Positions 55,766-64,000 of a stretch of DNA of 64,000 nt are shown here, piece by piece. The notes below the pieces were generated by a model. That model did no database searches. It saw only the letters and a list, made by a program, of their open reading frames with translations, and was not told the origin of the DNA. Location of the stretch: NCBI GenBank assembly GCA_963677925.2, contig CAXXYH010000004.1, positions 2,208,001 through 2,272,000 of the forward strand, written 5' to 3'. The stretch is from Spirochaetia bacterium (lineage in GTDB: Bacteria > Spirochaetota > Spirochaetia > UBA9216). Positions within the stretch are counted from its first letter, which is position 1; each line of letters begins with the position of its first letter. The position numbers and the translations under genes were made by a program.

Positions 55766-56004
55766 CGGCAGAGTTCCGCAGTTTCATTCACAGACAGCTG
55801 CTCAAGATAGTACCTGATAACCGGTCCGTTGTTGGTATTCTCAGTTGATTTTCGGTAGACCCGATATACGATCATCCTGGGGGTTGGAAGCGGAAGACTC
55901 TGCGGGAATCCATTAATATCTACAAGTTCGTTAAATCTCAGTTCACGCTCAACTTCCCTGGTGTCTCCTTCCGGGTAGACTATAATGCATGTTGTGAATG
56001 TCAG
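55762..56004 (-). CDS. Unannotated 80-aa hypothetical protein with probable CTG start
   Basis: Open frame (M)TFTTCIIVYPEGDTREVERELRFNELVDINGFPQSLPLPTPRMIVYRVYRKSTENTNNGPVIRYYLEQLSVNETAELCR*; the CTG overlaps the upstream TGA (CTGA) and lies 7 nt after GGAGG. Confidence 0.65.
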   Translation of the reverse strand: MTFTTCIIVYPEGDTREVERELRFNELVDINGFPQSLPLPTPRMIVYRVYRKSTENTNNGPVIRYYLEQLSVNETAELCR

Positions 56005-56303
56005 AGCTCATCCTCCATTTCCTGCTTATCAATCAGTTTGAAATTCATCATCTTTTTAGCGGGTTTTTCCTCTTCTTTTAGTTCCTCGATAAGTGAAACT
56101 GTCTGAAAGGGGATCATTAGATGCTCTGCCTTTCCGAAAAATCTTCTCACATCATCTTCTGCCGGATCAATTATGAGCTTTGATTCGCTGTTGAAGATGA
56201 GATCTTTTATTGAAACGAAGTAGGGATGTGTAAGATCAAGGCTTGCCGCCTTAAGCTGGATATCTTTTTCCTTCCATTTAAAGTGAACCCGGTAAACTGA
56301 CAT
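56001..56303 (-). CDS. DUF1820 family protein
   Basis: YRVHF, FVSIKDLIF, LIIDPAEDDVRRFF, LMIPFQTV..IEEL. Confidence 0.7.
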   Translation of the reverse strand: MSVYRVHFKWKEKDIQLKAASLDLTHPYFVSIKDLIFNSESKLIIDPAEDDVRRFFGKAEHLMIPFQTVSLIEELKEEEKPAKKMMNFKLIDKQEMEDEL

Positions 56304-56442
56304 AGTTTATTGATAATGATAAATCGCTAAAAAAGCTACTATACAAAAGTTAAGCTGATATTATCGGTTAATCCGGACTTATTCTTTAATTCTTTTAAAA
56401 AAAGGTTTAAAAAAGGAATTTGATGGTTTACTATAAAAATGG

Positions 56443-56477
56443 GTGGGGAAAAGTGGGAAAAAATAGGAGTTTGTGGA
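56443..56477 (+). promoter_or_regulatory. MraZ binding repeats
   Basis: GTGGG (56443), GTGGG (56453), ATAGG (56463), GTGGA (56473) at 10-bp spacing upstream of mraZ. Confidence 0.7.
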
Positions 56478-56486
56478 TCAACTGAT

Positions 56487-56927
56487 ATGATTACCGGTGA
56501 ATTCAGGAATAATCTTGACGATAAGGGCAGAATGCAGGTCCCGTCCCGTATTCGAAATCTTATCCCGGGAAATGTTCTGGTAATTACACGGGGTATCGAT
56601 AAATGTCTGTGGGTTTACACTCCTGAAGAATGGAAGCGTGTTGCTTCACTGATTCTTGATTCCACTTCAGTTTTTAAATCCAAGACGAGACTTCTGCAGA
56701 GAAGAATTATTGCCCCCGCCCATGAATGTGAAATTGATAAGTCCGGAAGAATTAATATTCCCCCGTCATTGAGGGAGGCTGCCGGGCTTCAGAAGGAAGT
56801 TGTCCTTCTGGCAATGGAAAAATATATGGAAATCTGGGATGAGTCTGAATACAGTACTTATCTGGATGAGAGTGAGGAGGAGTTTCTTGCTGCTGCAGAA
56901 GATCTGGGTGATCTTCTTAATATGTAG
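56487..56927 (+). CDS. mraZ: Transcriptional regulator MraZ
   Basis: GEFRNNLDDKGR, IDKSGRINIP, MEIWD; start 56487 chosen because the longer ORF runs through the operator repeats. Confidence 0.93.
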   Translation: MITGEFRNNLDDKGRMQVPSRIRNLIPGNVLVITRGIDKCLWVYTPEEWKRVASLILDSTSVFKSKTRLLQRRIIAPAHECEIDKSGRINIPPSLREAAGLQKEVVLLAMEKYMEIWDESEYSTYLDESEEEFLAAAEDLGDLLNM

Positions 56928-56947
56928 CTGCGGGAACAGGGCCGTTC

Positions 56948-57892
56948 ATGGATATTGTTCATACATCGGTGCTTCGGGAGGAAGTCTTTGAGCTTCTGAA
57001 ACCTGAGGCGGAAGAAAAACTGCTTATTGACTGTACCCTTGGCGAGGGTGGTCATTCCGAGATGTTTCTGCAGAGATGTCCCGGACTGAATGTTGTAGGG
57101 CTTGATGCCGACAGCACGATCATGTCTGTCGCCAAAGAGCGTCTTTCGGTTTTCGGCGGAAGGATGCGTTTTTACAATGAGTGGTTCAACCAGTTTTTCA
57201 GAACTTATCCTCTGGGAGATGAACGGCCCGACCTCATTCTTTTTGATCTGGGGATCTCTGTTTATCATTATGAAAAATCAGGCAGGGGGTTTTCCTTTCT
57301 TCGGGAGGAAGCTCTTGATATGCGTCTTAATCCGTCGCTTGAAATAAGTGCTGCTGATATCATTAATACTTATCCCGAGTCTGAAATAGCTGATCTAATC
57401 TATAAATATGGAGAAGAGAGGTATTCCAGACGCTTTGCGAAAGCAATTTGTGAAGACAGACAGAAGGAGAAAATCCTGACTACTAAAGCCCTTGCAGATC
57501 TGATAAGCAGGGTTTCTCCTCCGGAATACAGGCGCGGACGCATTCATCCGGCAACCAGAACCTTTCAGGCATTGAGAATTTCCGTTAACGGAGAGCTCGC
57601 AAGGCTTGAGAACGCATTAGAGAATGCATTGAAAACCCTGAAACCCGGCGGGCGGATGGGAGTTATTACTTTTCATTCTCTTGAAGACCGCATTGTTAAA
57701 CACTTTTTTAAAGATAAAAACAGATCCTGTACTTGTCCTCCTGAACAGCCGATATGTAACTGTGGGGGTGAAAGGGTTGTTGAAATACTTACCCGTAAAC
57801 CCGTTCGACCGCTTGATGAGGAAATTAAAACAAATGCCCCGTCAAGAAGTTCGAAATTCAGAGTTATTCGGAAACTCAGGGATGAAGACTGA
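56948..57892 (+). CDS. rsmH: 16S rRNA m4C1402 methyltransferase
   Basis: HTSVL, DCTLGEGGHS, DLGIS, RGFSF, LDMR, HPATRTFQALRI, FHSLEDR. Confidence 0.96.
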   Translation: MDIVHTSVLREEVFELLKPEAEEKLLIDCTLGEGGHSEMFLQRCPGLNVVGLDADSTIMSVAKERLSVFGGRMRFYNEWFNQFFRTYPLGDERPDLILFDLGISVYHYEKSGRGFSFLREEALDMRLNPSLEISAADIINTYPESEIADLIYKYGEERYSRRFAKAICEDRQKEKILTTKALADLISRVSPPEYRRGRIHPATRTFQALRISVNGELARLENALENALKTLKPGGRMGVITFHSLEDRIVKHFFKDKNRSCTCPPEQPICNCGGERVVEILTRKPVRPLDEEIKTNAPSRSSKFRVIRKLRDED

Positions 57893-58187
57893 TATGATAA
57901 AGAGGATTGTAATAGTACTGCTTGTACTGCTGCTGCCGGCGCTACTGTTTGCCGCAGTCTGGCAGTCTTACAGGTATGACAGCCTGGAGGCTTCGGTTAC
58001 CGAACTTGAGGGGCGGCAGAAAGAGCTTTTTGAAGAAAATAAGAAAATTGTAATGGGGATAGAGTTTCTGAAATCCCCTTTCAGGATTAACAAGATAGCA
58101 GAAGAAAAACTGAAGCTCGAAAAAATCAAACCCGAGAAGGTTATCCGGATTGAGCTGCTTCCGCAGGGAGGCCGGCAGGATGGCTGA
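57882..58187 (+). CDS. ftsL: Cell division protein FtsL
   Basis: Single TM plus coiled coil, LKSPFRINKIAEEKL; position after rsmH. Confidence 0.78.
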   Translation: MKTDMIKRIVIVLLVLLLPALLFAAVWQSYRYDSLEASVTELEGRQKELFEENKKIVMGIEFLKSPFRINKIAEEKLKLEKIKPEKVIRIELLPQGGRQDG

Positions 58188-59598
58188 GAAGTCACGGGTT
58201 CTGTTCAGTGTAAGACAGGCCGGAGTCTGGTCGCGTGCGATAGTGTTCGGCAATGACCTGGCGGAAATTACTTCTGTTGTAACTGATTCAAGAGACGCTG
58301 TCCCCGGCTGTCTCTTTGTTGCTATTAAAGGGGAGAGAACCGACGGGCATAAATATATCGGTCAGGTCTGTGATGCGGGAGCCTCTGCTGTAATAGTTGC
58401 TCAGGACTGGCTTAAAATGAATTCCGGGGTTCTTGATGAATATGAAAATACTGCTTTTATAGTAGGTGAAGAACCTGTTCGTCTTATGCAGGATATTTCC
58501 GCCGGATATATGCGCGGTTTGTCACATCCTGTGAGGATTGGTGTTACCGGAAGCAGTGGAAAGACAACTGTTAAGGAAGTTATTGCTGCAGTTCTTTCTG
58601 CTGCCGGTTCGGTTGTGAAGACAAGGGGTAATCTGAACTCTGAGATAGGACTGCCGGTTGCGGTTCTTGATATTGAAGAATCTTCAGATTACGCCGTTAT
58701 AGAAATGGGCATTAACCGTGTGGGTGAAATGGATATCCTAGCTGAGATATTCCGTCCGGATGTGGTTGTCATTACCAACATCGGGACTGCCCATATCGGT
58801 ATTTTAGGCAGCAGGGAAAATATTGCTGCCGAAAAGAAAAAGGCAGCTATTAATTTTAACGGCAGCCAGGTTCTTTTTGTATCAGAAGAAGAGGCATATT
58901 CAAATATCCTCGGTGAGGGTCTGAATGGAAGGCTGCTGAAGTACGGTAAAAACCAGATTAAGGCTGATTTCAGCTGTTCAGATATGGGGCTTGCCGGATG
59001 GGAGATTAGGCTTGACGGCCATAAAGCTGTATATCCGCTTCCCGGTACTCATAATCTGATGAATGCAGTATGCGCAGTCTGTGTTGCCGAATACTTCGGT
59101 CTTGATTCTGAGAGTATCTGCATGGGGCTTGCTGCAGCCGGAACACTTTCAGGAAGAAGTGAAATTATTGAAGGCGTTGTAACTGTAATTCAGGATGCCT
59201 ACAATTCCAATGCCGATTCACTTTCAAAAGCTATGAAATTTGCCGATTCAGTAAGCTGGAGCGGCAGGAAGCTTTATGTTATAGGCGATATGAAGGAGCT
59301 TGGCGATAACTCTGCAGAAATTCATAAGGCTGCAGGGAAAGAGGCGGCAGAGAGCCGTGCAGATGAGCTTTTCTTCTTCGGCGAAGATTCAAAGGCGGCT
59401 TATGAAGCGGCCGTCTCTGTGAAAAACACTGCTGGAGACGGAAATGACATTGTGTCATGGACCGCTGATTATGCAGAACTGGAGGAAATGGTTCTTGAAA
59501 CGCTTCAGGAGGGGGATCTTCTTCTGCTGAAAGCGTCAAGATCCATGAATCTTGAAAGGCTTGTTAAGCCTGTAACTGAGAAATTCGGGAGAAAATAG
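58180..59598 (+). CDS. murF: UDP-MurNAc-tripeptide:D-Ala-D-Ala ligase
   Basis: TDSR, GVTGSSGKTTVKE, GNLNSEIGLP, EMG, NIGTAH, DAYNSN, GDMKELG, KASR. Confidence 0.94.
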   Translation: MAEKSRVLFSVRQAGVWSRAIVFGNDLAEITSVVTDSRDAVPGCLFVAIKGERTDGHKYIGQVCDAGASAVIVAQDWLKMNSGVLDEYENTAFIVGEEPVRLMQDISAGYMRGLSHPVRIGVTGSSGKTTVKEVIAAVLSAAGSVVKTRGNLNSEIGLPVAVLDIEESSDYAVIEMGINRVGEMDILAEIFRPDVVVITNIGTAHIGILGSRENIAAEKKKAAINFNGSQVLFVSEEEAYSNILGEGLNGRLLKYGKNQIKADFSCSDMGLAGWEIRLDGHKAVYPLPGTHNLMNAVCAVCVAEYFGLDSESICMGLAAAGTLSGRSEIIEGVVTVIQDAYNSNADSLSKAMKFADSVSWSGRKLYVIGDMKELGDNSAEIHKAAGKEAAESRADELFFFGEDSKAAYEAAVSVKNTAGDGNDIVSWTADYAELEEMVLETLQEGDLLLLKASRSMNLERLVKPVTEKFGRK

Positions 59599-60678
59599 AT
59601 GTTAAAAGAATTGCTGTATCCGCTGGTAGATTATTTTACAGCGTTCAATATATTTCAGTACATTACTTTCAGGGCCGCATATGCAGCGGTAACTGCTCTG
59701 TTTATCTCCTTTCTTTTTGGTCCCAAGATAATCAGCGGGCTTCGGAAGTTTAAACTCGGCCAGATGGTCAGGAAGGACGGGCCGCAGTCACATCTTTCCA
59801 AAACAGGTACCCCGACAATGGGCGGGCTGATAATTATTCTTGCTATCCTGGTTGCCTGTCTTTTATGGATGGATATGACAAATCCATACATGTGGATCGG
59901 TATTGTTTCTATGCTGGGTTTCGGCTTTGTAGGCTTCATGGATGATTACCTTAAGATTACAAGAAAAAGTTCGGAAGGACTTCAGGCCAGATTCAAGCTC
60001 TATGGTCAGATTCTGGTCTCTCTAGTTATAGTTCTTTTCCTTTATTTTAATGCGAATGAGCATACGACCCTGCTGTATCTTCCGTTTCTTAAGAAGCCGG
60101 TTCTTGATTTAGGAGTATTCTACATCCCTGCAGCTGTTTTCCTGCTTGTTTATTCAACTAATTCGGTAAATCTGACTGACGGTCTGGACGGACTTGCGGT
60201 GGGGCTTGTGATGCTTGTAGGCATTGCCTTCGGTATTCTTACTTATATAGTGGGAAGGGCGGATTTTGCAGAATATCTTCAGGTTCCCTACCTGCCTGAG
60301 AGCAGCGAGCTTCCTGTCTATTGCTTTGCGCTGATAGGCGCTGCGGTGGGTTTTCTGTGGTTTAACGCTCATCCGGCTGAAGTTTTTATGGGTGATACCG
60401 GTTCGCTTGCACTGGGCGGAGCACTCGGTGTTGTTGCTCTTATGATTAAGAAAGAAATCCTGTTTGTCATTATCGGCGGTGTTTTTCTTCTGGAAACACT
60501 CTCGGTAATAATTCAGGTTGTCTCATATAAAACCAGGGGAAAGAGGGTGTTTAAAATGGCGCCTCTTCACCATCATTTTGAGCTGAAAGGCTGGGCTGAA
60601 ACAAAAGTTGTTATCAGGTTCTGGATAATGGGCGGGATGTTTGCGATTCTTGCCCTGTCTACATTGAAATTACAGTAG
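59599..60678 (+). CDS. mraY: Phospho-MurNAc-pentapeptide transferase
   Basis: KTGTPTMGG, DDYLK, NLTDGLDGL, FMGDTGS, MAPLHHHFE. Confidence 0.96.
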   Translation: MLKELLYPLVDYFTAFNIFQYITFRAAYAAVTALFISFLFGPKIISGLRKFKLGQMVRKDGPQSHLSKTGTPTMGGLIIILAILVACLLWMDMTNPYMWIGIVSMLGFGFVGFMDDYLKITRKSSEGLQARFKLYGQILVSLVIVLFLYFNANEHTTLLYLPFLKKPVLDLGVFYIPAAVFLLVYSTNSVNLTDGLDGLAVGLVMLVGIAFGILTYIVGRADFAEYLQVPYLPESSELPVYCFALIGAAVGFLWFNAHPAEVFMGDTGSLALGGALGVVALMIKKEILFVIIGGVFLLETLSVIIQVVSYKTRGKRVFKMAPLHHHFELKGWAETKVVIRFWIMGGMFAILALSTLKLQ

Positions 60679-60684
60679 GAAATA

Positions 60685-61824
60685 ATGGGCGGAAAGTTCG
60701 AACTGGAAAAAGTTCAGGGTGGAAAATGTGACTATATTTTATTTCTCCTTATTGCAGTGCTTGCGGGTGTAGGCTTTTCTGCGCTTTTTTCATCTTCATA
60801 TTTCTATGCCGGAAAGTATTTTGATGACAGCCTTCTGTTTATTAGAAAGCAGCTTATACTCGGCGGAGCCGGTATTGTGTGCGGAGTAGTTGCAAGCAGG
60901 ATATCTATTGATTTTATCAGAAGGTATACTCCTGCATTTCTTCTTCTGACCATGGTGCTGATTCTTGTAACCTTTATTCCGGGCGTCGGTGAGCGTGTTC
61001 TTGGTGCCCGGAGGTGGATCTTCTTTTTCGGTTTTTCATTTCAGCCCTCCGAGCTCGCAAAACTTGCAGTTATACTTTATCTCGCTCATATTTTCGATAA
61101 AAAGCAGGATCGGATGGGTGATATTGCCAATTCTGTAATTCCTCCGTTTATTATCGTAGGTGTAACAGTGGGGCTGGTATTTCTGCAGAATGACTTTTCA
61201 ACAGCTTTGTTTATACTGGTCGTGAGTCTGCTGATGTTCTATCTTGCCGGAGTTCCTTTCCTGTATTTTATCTTTCTGCTGACAGCAATAGTTCCGCTGT
61301 CAGTCATCCTTCTGTTTACAAAACCTCACAGGGTTGAAAGGCTTATAGCCTTCATTAATCCGGAAACCGATCCTGTAGGTTCGGGATATCAGATTATGGC
61401 GGCTCAGTCTGCACTTGAGAACGGAGGATTCTGGGGGCTTGGTATAGGGCAGGGGATAAAAAAGATGGGGGGGCTTCCCGAGGTTTATTCAGACTTTATC
61501 TTTGCTTCACTTGCCGAGGAAGCCGGGTTTGTCGGAATTTTTTGTGTTATCGCGCTCTTTGTCGGGTTTGCGATCCGTGCATACTACAGAGGGGTGAAAA
61601 CCGAAAGCCGATATGAATTTCTGCTGGTATTCGGTCTAACAACATGTATTCTTTATCAGGCCATGTTCAATATTGCTGTTGTTTCCGGGCTTGTCCCGGC
61701 TACAGGTATACCGCTTCCGTTTTTTTCATCAGGCGGTTCTTCAATTTTTGTAACTTTTATTATGTGCGGTCTTCTTATGGGGATAACGCGTCGTCAGAAT
61801 GAATCCGAGGCAGGACTACTATGA
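60685..61824 (+). CDS. ftsW: SEDS peptidoglycan polymerase FtsW
   Basis: GARRW, FQPSELAK, GYQ, LPEVYSDFIF, TGIPLPFFSSGGS. Confidence 0.93.
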   Translation: MGGKFELEKVQGGKCDYILFLLIAVLAGVGFSALFSSSYFYAGKYFDDSLLFIRKQLILGGAGIVCGVVASRISIDFIRRYTPAFLLLTMVLILVTFIPGVGERVLGARRWIFFFGFSFQPSELAKLAVILYLAHIFDKKQDRMGDIANSVIPPFIIVGVTVGLVFLQNDFSTALFILVVSLLMFYLAGVPFLYFIFLLTAIVPLSVILLFTKPHRVERLIAFINPETDPVGSGYQIMAAQSALENGGFWGLGIGQGIKKMGGLPEVYSDFIFASLAEEAGFVGIFCVIALFVGFAIRAYYRGVKTESRYEFLLVFGLTTCILYQAMFNIAVVSGLVPATGIPLPFFSSGGSSIFVTFIMCGLLMGITRRQNESEAGLL

Positions 61825-62720
61825 GTAATTTACAGCATTTTGAGCATTACAATGATTTTACTTATTCTTCAGGGCATGGTGCCCATAAGGGAACTGTCAA
61901 GGCTCCGGAAAACTCCCGCAGGCTCACCGAGGCTGCCAGGATTGAGAATAAAAAGGCTAAAGCAGTAAAGATTCTCAAGGCTTCAATAATAGTTCTCGCA
62001 TTCATTCTTGTTATGCAGCTTGCCTACCACCTGTATTTTGCCGGAAATATTGTAATTAAGCATCTGGTAATCGATACAGGCACTGATCTGCAGCTTTCAG
62101 AATCCCAATTGCTCAAGATGGCAGGACTTAAAAGCAGTCAGTCATTTTTCAGTGTGGATACTGCCGTAATTGAGCAGAATCTGGAACGGTATCCTCAGGT
62201 TCAGTCTGCCTATGCTCAGAAGAAATTCCCCGACACTCTCGTTGTTTCCGTCAAAGGCAGAACTCCGCTTGCACTCTGTATAGTTGAAAACGGCGAAGGA
62301 ACTCTTCCGGTAACGGTGGATAAAGAAGGAGTGATATTTCAGGCCGGTGAAAACGTTACGGATTTGAATCTCCCTGTTCTGTCGGGAATAAAGTTCTCTG
62401 ATGCAGGTCTTGGGGTAGTTCTTCCGGGACCGGTTGTAAGCTTTTTGTCGGGGCTGGACAGCCTGAACCGGGAGTCGCCGGAGTTTTACAATATGATTTC
62501 GGAACTCAAGTTCATAAAAAAAGACAATGATGATTTCGATGTGTTGATGTATCCTCAAAATTATAGTATCCCTGTGAGGATAGGAAAAAGAATAGACAAG
62601 GAACTGTTGACCTACGTGGTTCTTGTTCTTGATGTAGTTAAGACTCAGGGGCTTGAATCACAGATTGAAGAACTCGATTTCAGAACAGATGAAGTTGTCT
62701 ACAGGGTTAGGGGGAACTGA
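61821..62720 (+). CDS. ftsQ: Cell division protein FtsQ/DivIB
   Basis: TM followed by POTRA (YPQVQSAYAQKKFPDTL), C-terminal ELDFR. Confidence 0.85.
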   Translation: MSNLQHFEHYNDFTYSSGHGAHKGTVKAPENSRRLTEAARIENKKAKAVKILKASIIVLAFILVMQLAYHLYFAGNIVIKHLVIDTGTDLQLSESQLLKMAGLKSSQSFFSVDTAVIEQNLERYPQVQSAYAQKKFPDTLVVSVKGRTPLALCIVENGEGTLPVTVDKEGVIFQAGENVTDLNLPVLSGIKFSDAGLGVVLPGPVVSFLSGLDSLNRESPEFYNMISELKFIKKDNDDFDVLMYPQNYSIPVRIGKRIDKELLTYVVLVLDVVKTQGLESQIEELDFRTDEVVYRVRGN

Positions 62721-62721
62721 C

Positions 62722-63957
62722 TTGCCAGCTGAAGATTTAATTGTCGGTCTTGATATAGGTACAACCAAGGTTTGCGCCGTTATCGGTGAAATAAACGACA
62801 GCGGTAAAATTGAAATAGTCGGTATCGGAACCGCGCCTTCTGAAGGTCTTAGAAAGGGTGTAGTAATCAATATTGAATCTACTCTAAAGGCTGTGACAAA
62901 GGCTATTGAGGCTGCCGAGATGATGTCCGGTCGTGAAGTGTCCTCAGTGATTACTGGTATCGCGGGCTCTCATGTCGAAGGCATCAATTCCAGGGGCGTT
63001 GTTGCGGTCTCCGGGCGAGATCGAGAAATAACTGCAGAAGATGTGCGGCGTGTCATTGAGGCGGCCCGGGCGGTTGTGATTCCGATGGACCGGGAAGTTC
63101 TGCATGTAATCCCACAGGAATATATAGTTGATGACCAGGGCGGCATAAAAGATCCGCTTGATATGATAGGAATCAGGCTTGAGGCAGAAGTCCATATAAT
63201 TACTGGTTCGGTAACTTCCGCCCAGAATCTGCTTAAATGCGTCAACAGGGCCGGTTTCAGGGTAGAAGATATAGTTCTGGAGTCAATTGCCTCTGCCAGA
63301 GCCGTTCTTTCCGAAGAGGAAAAGGAGCTCGGGGTCCTGATGATCGATCTCGGCGGCGGAACAACTGATGTGCTGGTTTATGTAGACGGTTCTCCCTACC
63401 ATACAGATGTTGTTGCTGTAGGCGGCGAGCAGGTTACAAGCGATATTTCCATAGTGCTGAAAACTCCGGCTGAGTTTGCTGAAAAGCTTAAAAAGGAATC
63501 AGGCTGCTGCTATATGCCTCTTGTTGATCCGACCGAGGACATCCTTCTTCCGGGTGTCGGTGGATGGCCTTCGGCATCAATTCCCAAGGCTGAACTCTGC
63601 AAGATTATACAGCCGAGGATGGCTGAAACCTTCTCTATGATACGCGATAAGATGCACCGTAAGGGCTACCTTAATCACCTGCGCGGCGGCGTTGTGCTGA
63701 CCGGCGGCGGTTCGATGATGCCCGGTGCTGCTGAACTTGCAAGGGAGATATTCGGAGTACCGGCAAGAATAGGCTATCCCTTTGAACTTGGAGGGCTGGT
63801 GCAGGAATACCGGAATCCGATGTATTCGACTGCAGTCGGCCTTGTGATGTACGGGGATGAGATAGCCGACAAGGATAAAATTCATAAAAAAGGCGGAAGA
63901 CGGTCAAAAGACGGTGCCGGAAGCCGGTTTATGAACTGGATGAAAGAATTTTTTTAA
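62722..63957 (+). CDS. ftsA: Cell division protein FtsA
   Basis: VGLDIGTTKV, IDLGGGTTD, GVVLTGGG, C-terminal amphipathic WMKEFF; TTG start just after the ftsQ stop. Confidence 0.96.
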   Translation: MPAEDLIVGLDIGTTKVCAVIGEINDSGKIEIVGIGTAPSEGLRKGVVINIESTLKAVTKAIEAAEMMSGREVSSVITGIAGSHVEGINSRGVVAVSGRDREITAEDVRRVIEAARAVVIPMDREVLHVIPQEYIVDDQGGIKDPLDMIGIRLEAEVHIITGSVTSAQNLLKCVNRAGFRVEDIVLESIASARAVLSEEEKELGVLMIDLGGGTTDVLVYVDGSPYHTDVVAVGGEQVTSDISIVLKTPAEFAEKLKKESGCCYMPLVDPTEDILLPGVGGWPSASIPKAELCKIIQPRMAETFSMIRDKMHRKGYLNHLRGGVVLTGGGSMMPGAAELAREIFGVPARIGYPFELGGLVQEYRNPMYSTAVGLVMYGDEIADKDKIHKKGGRRSKDGAGSRFMNWMKEFF

Positions 63958-64000
63958 AAAAGGTTCTGTTTTGTTCTGGTAAAAAGGGGCAGGACCGTTG

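Noticed and set aside
56487-63957. dcw cluster lacking ftsI, murE, murD, murG and murC
   Set aside because: A compact mraZ-rsmH-ftsL-murF-mraY-ftsW-ftsQ-ftsA order is ordinary for spirochetes

Overview
Bacterial chromosomal window, most likely from a free-living anaerobic spirochete (Spirochaetia). This rests on the 'FAGGQSE'-type solute-binding leader, the compact mraZ-rsmH-ftsL-murF-mraY-ftsW-ftsQ-ftsA cluster and the cheW-degT-nadK-recN operon. Left to right: (1) a peptide ABC importer plus an M20 dipeptidase, next to a sigma54-controlled lysine fermentation locus (kat, PAS-bEBP, kamD split by a +1 frameshift, kamE, kce, kdd, an extra M20 deacylase, kamA, kamB) that has the Kat transaminase and no kal; (2) an AT-rich membrane-anchored AraC gene, a palindromic operator and two tandem GLUG-repeat lipoproteins, followed by a cluster of nested palindromes; (3) an MrpA-less Mrp/Mbh-type cation antiporter operon headed by PII-like and PTS-EIIA genes; (4) a phospholipase D / secreted protein / polyferredoxin / FHA-GGDEF operon; (5) an agmatine/putrescine uptake and catabolism operon with a sigma54 promoter, a TyrR-like box and an AcrR-like operator next to an AcrR-type TetR gene; (6) housekeeping genes (class II photolyase, cheW, nadK, recN, cdd, GH57 branching enzyme, dcw cluster). 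These include two apparent pseudo-enzymes and an unannotated gene with a probable CTG start. No rRNA, tRNA, CRISPR array or transposase was recognised. All product calls come from motif recognition by eye; no database search was run.
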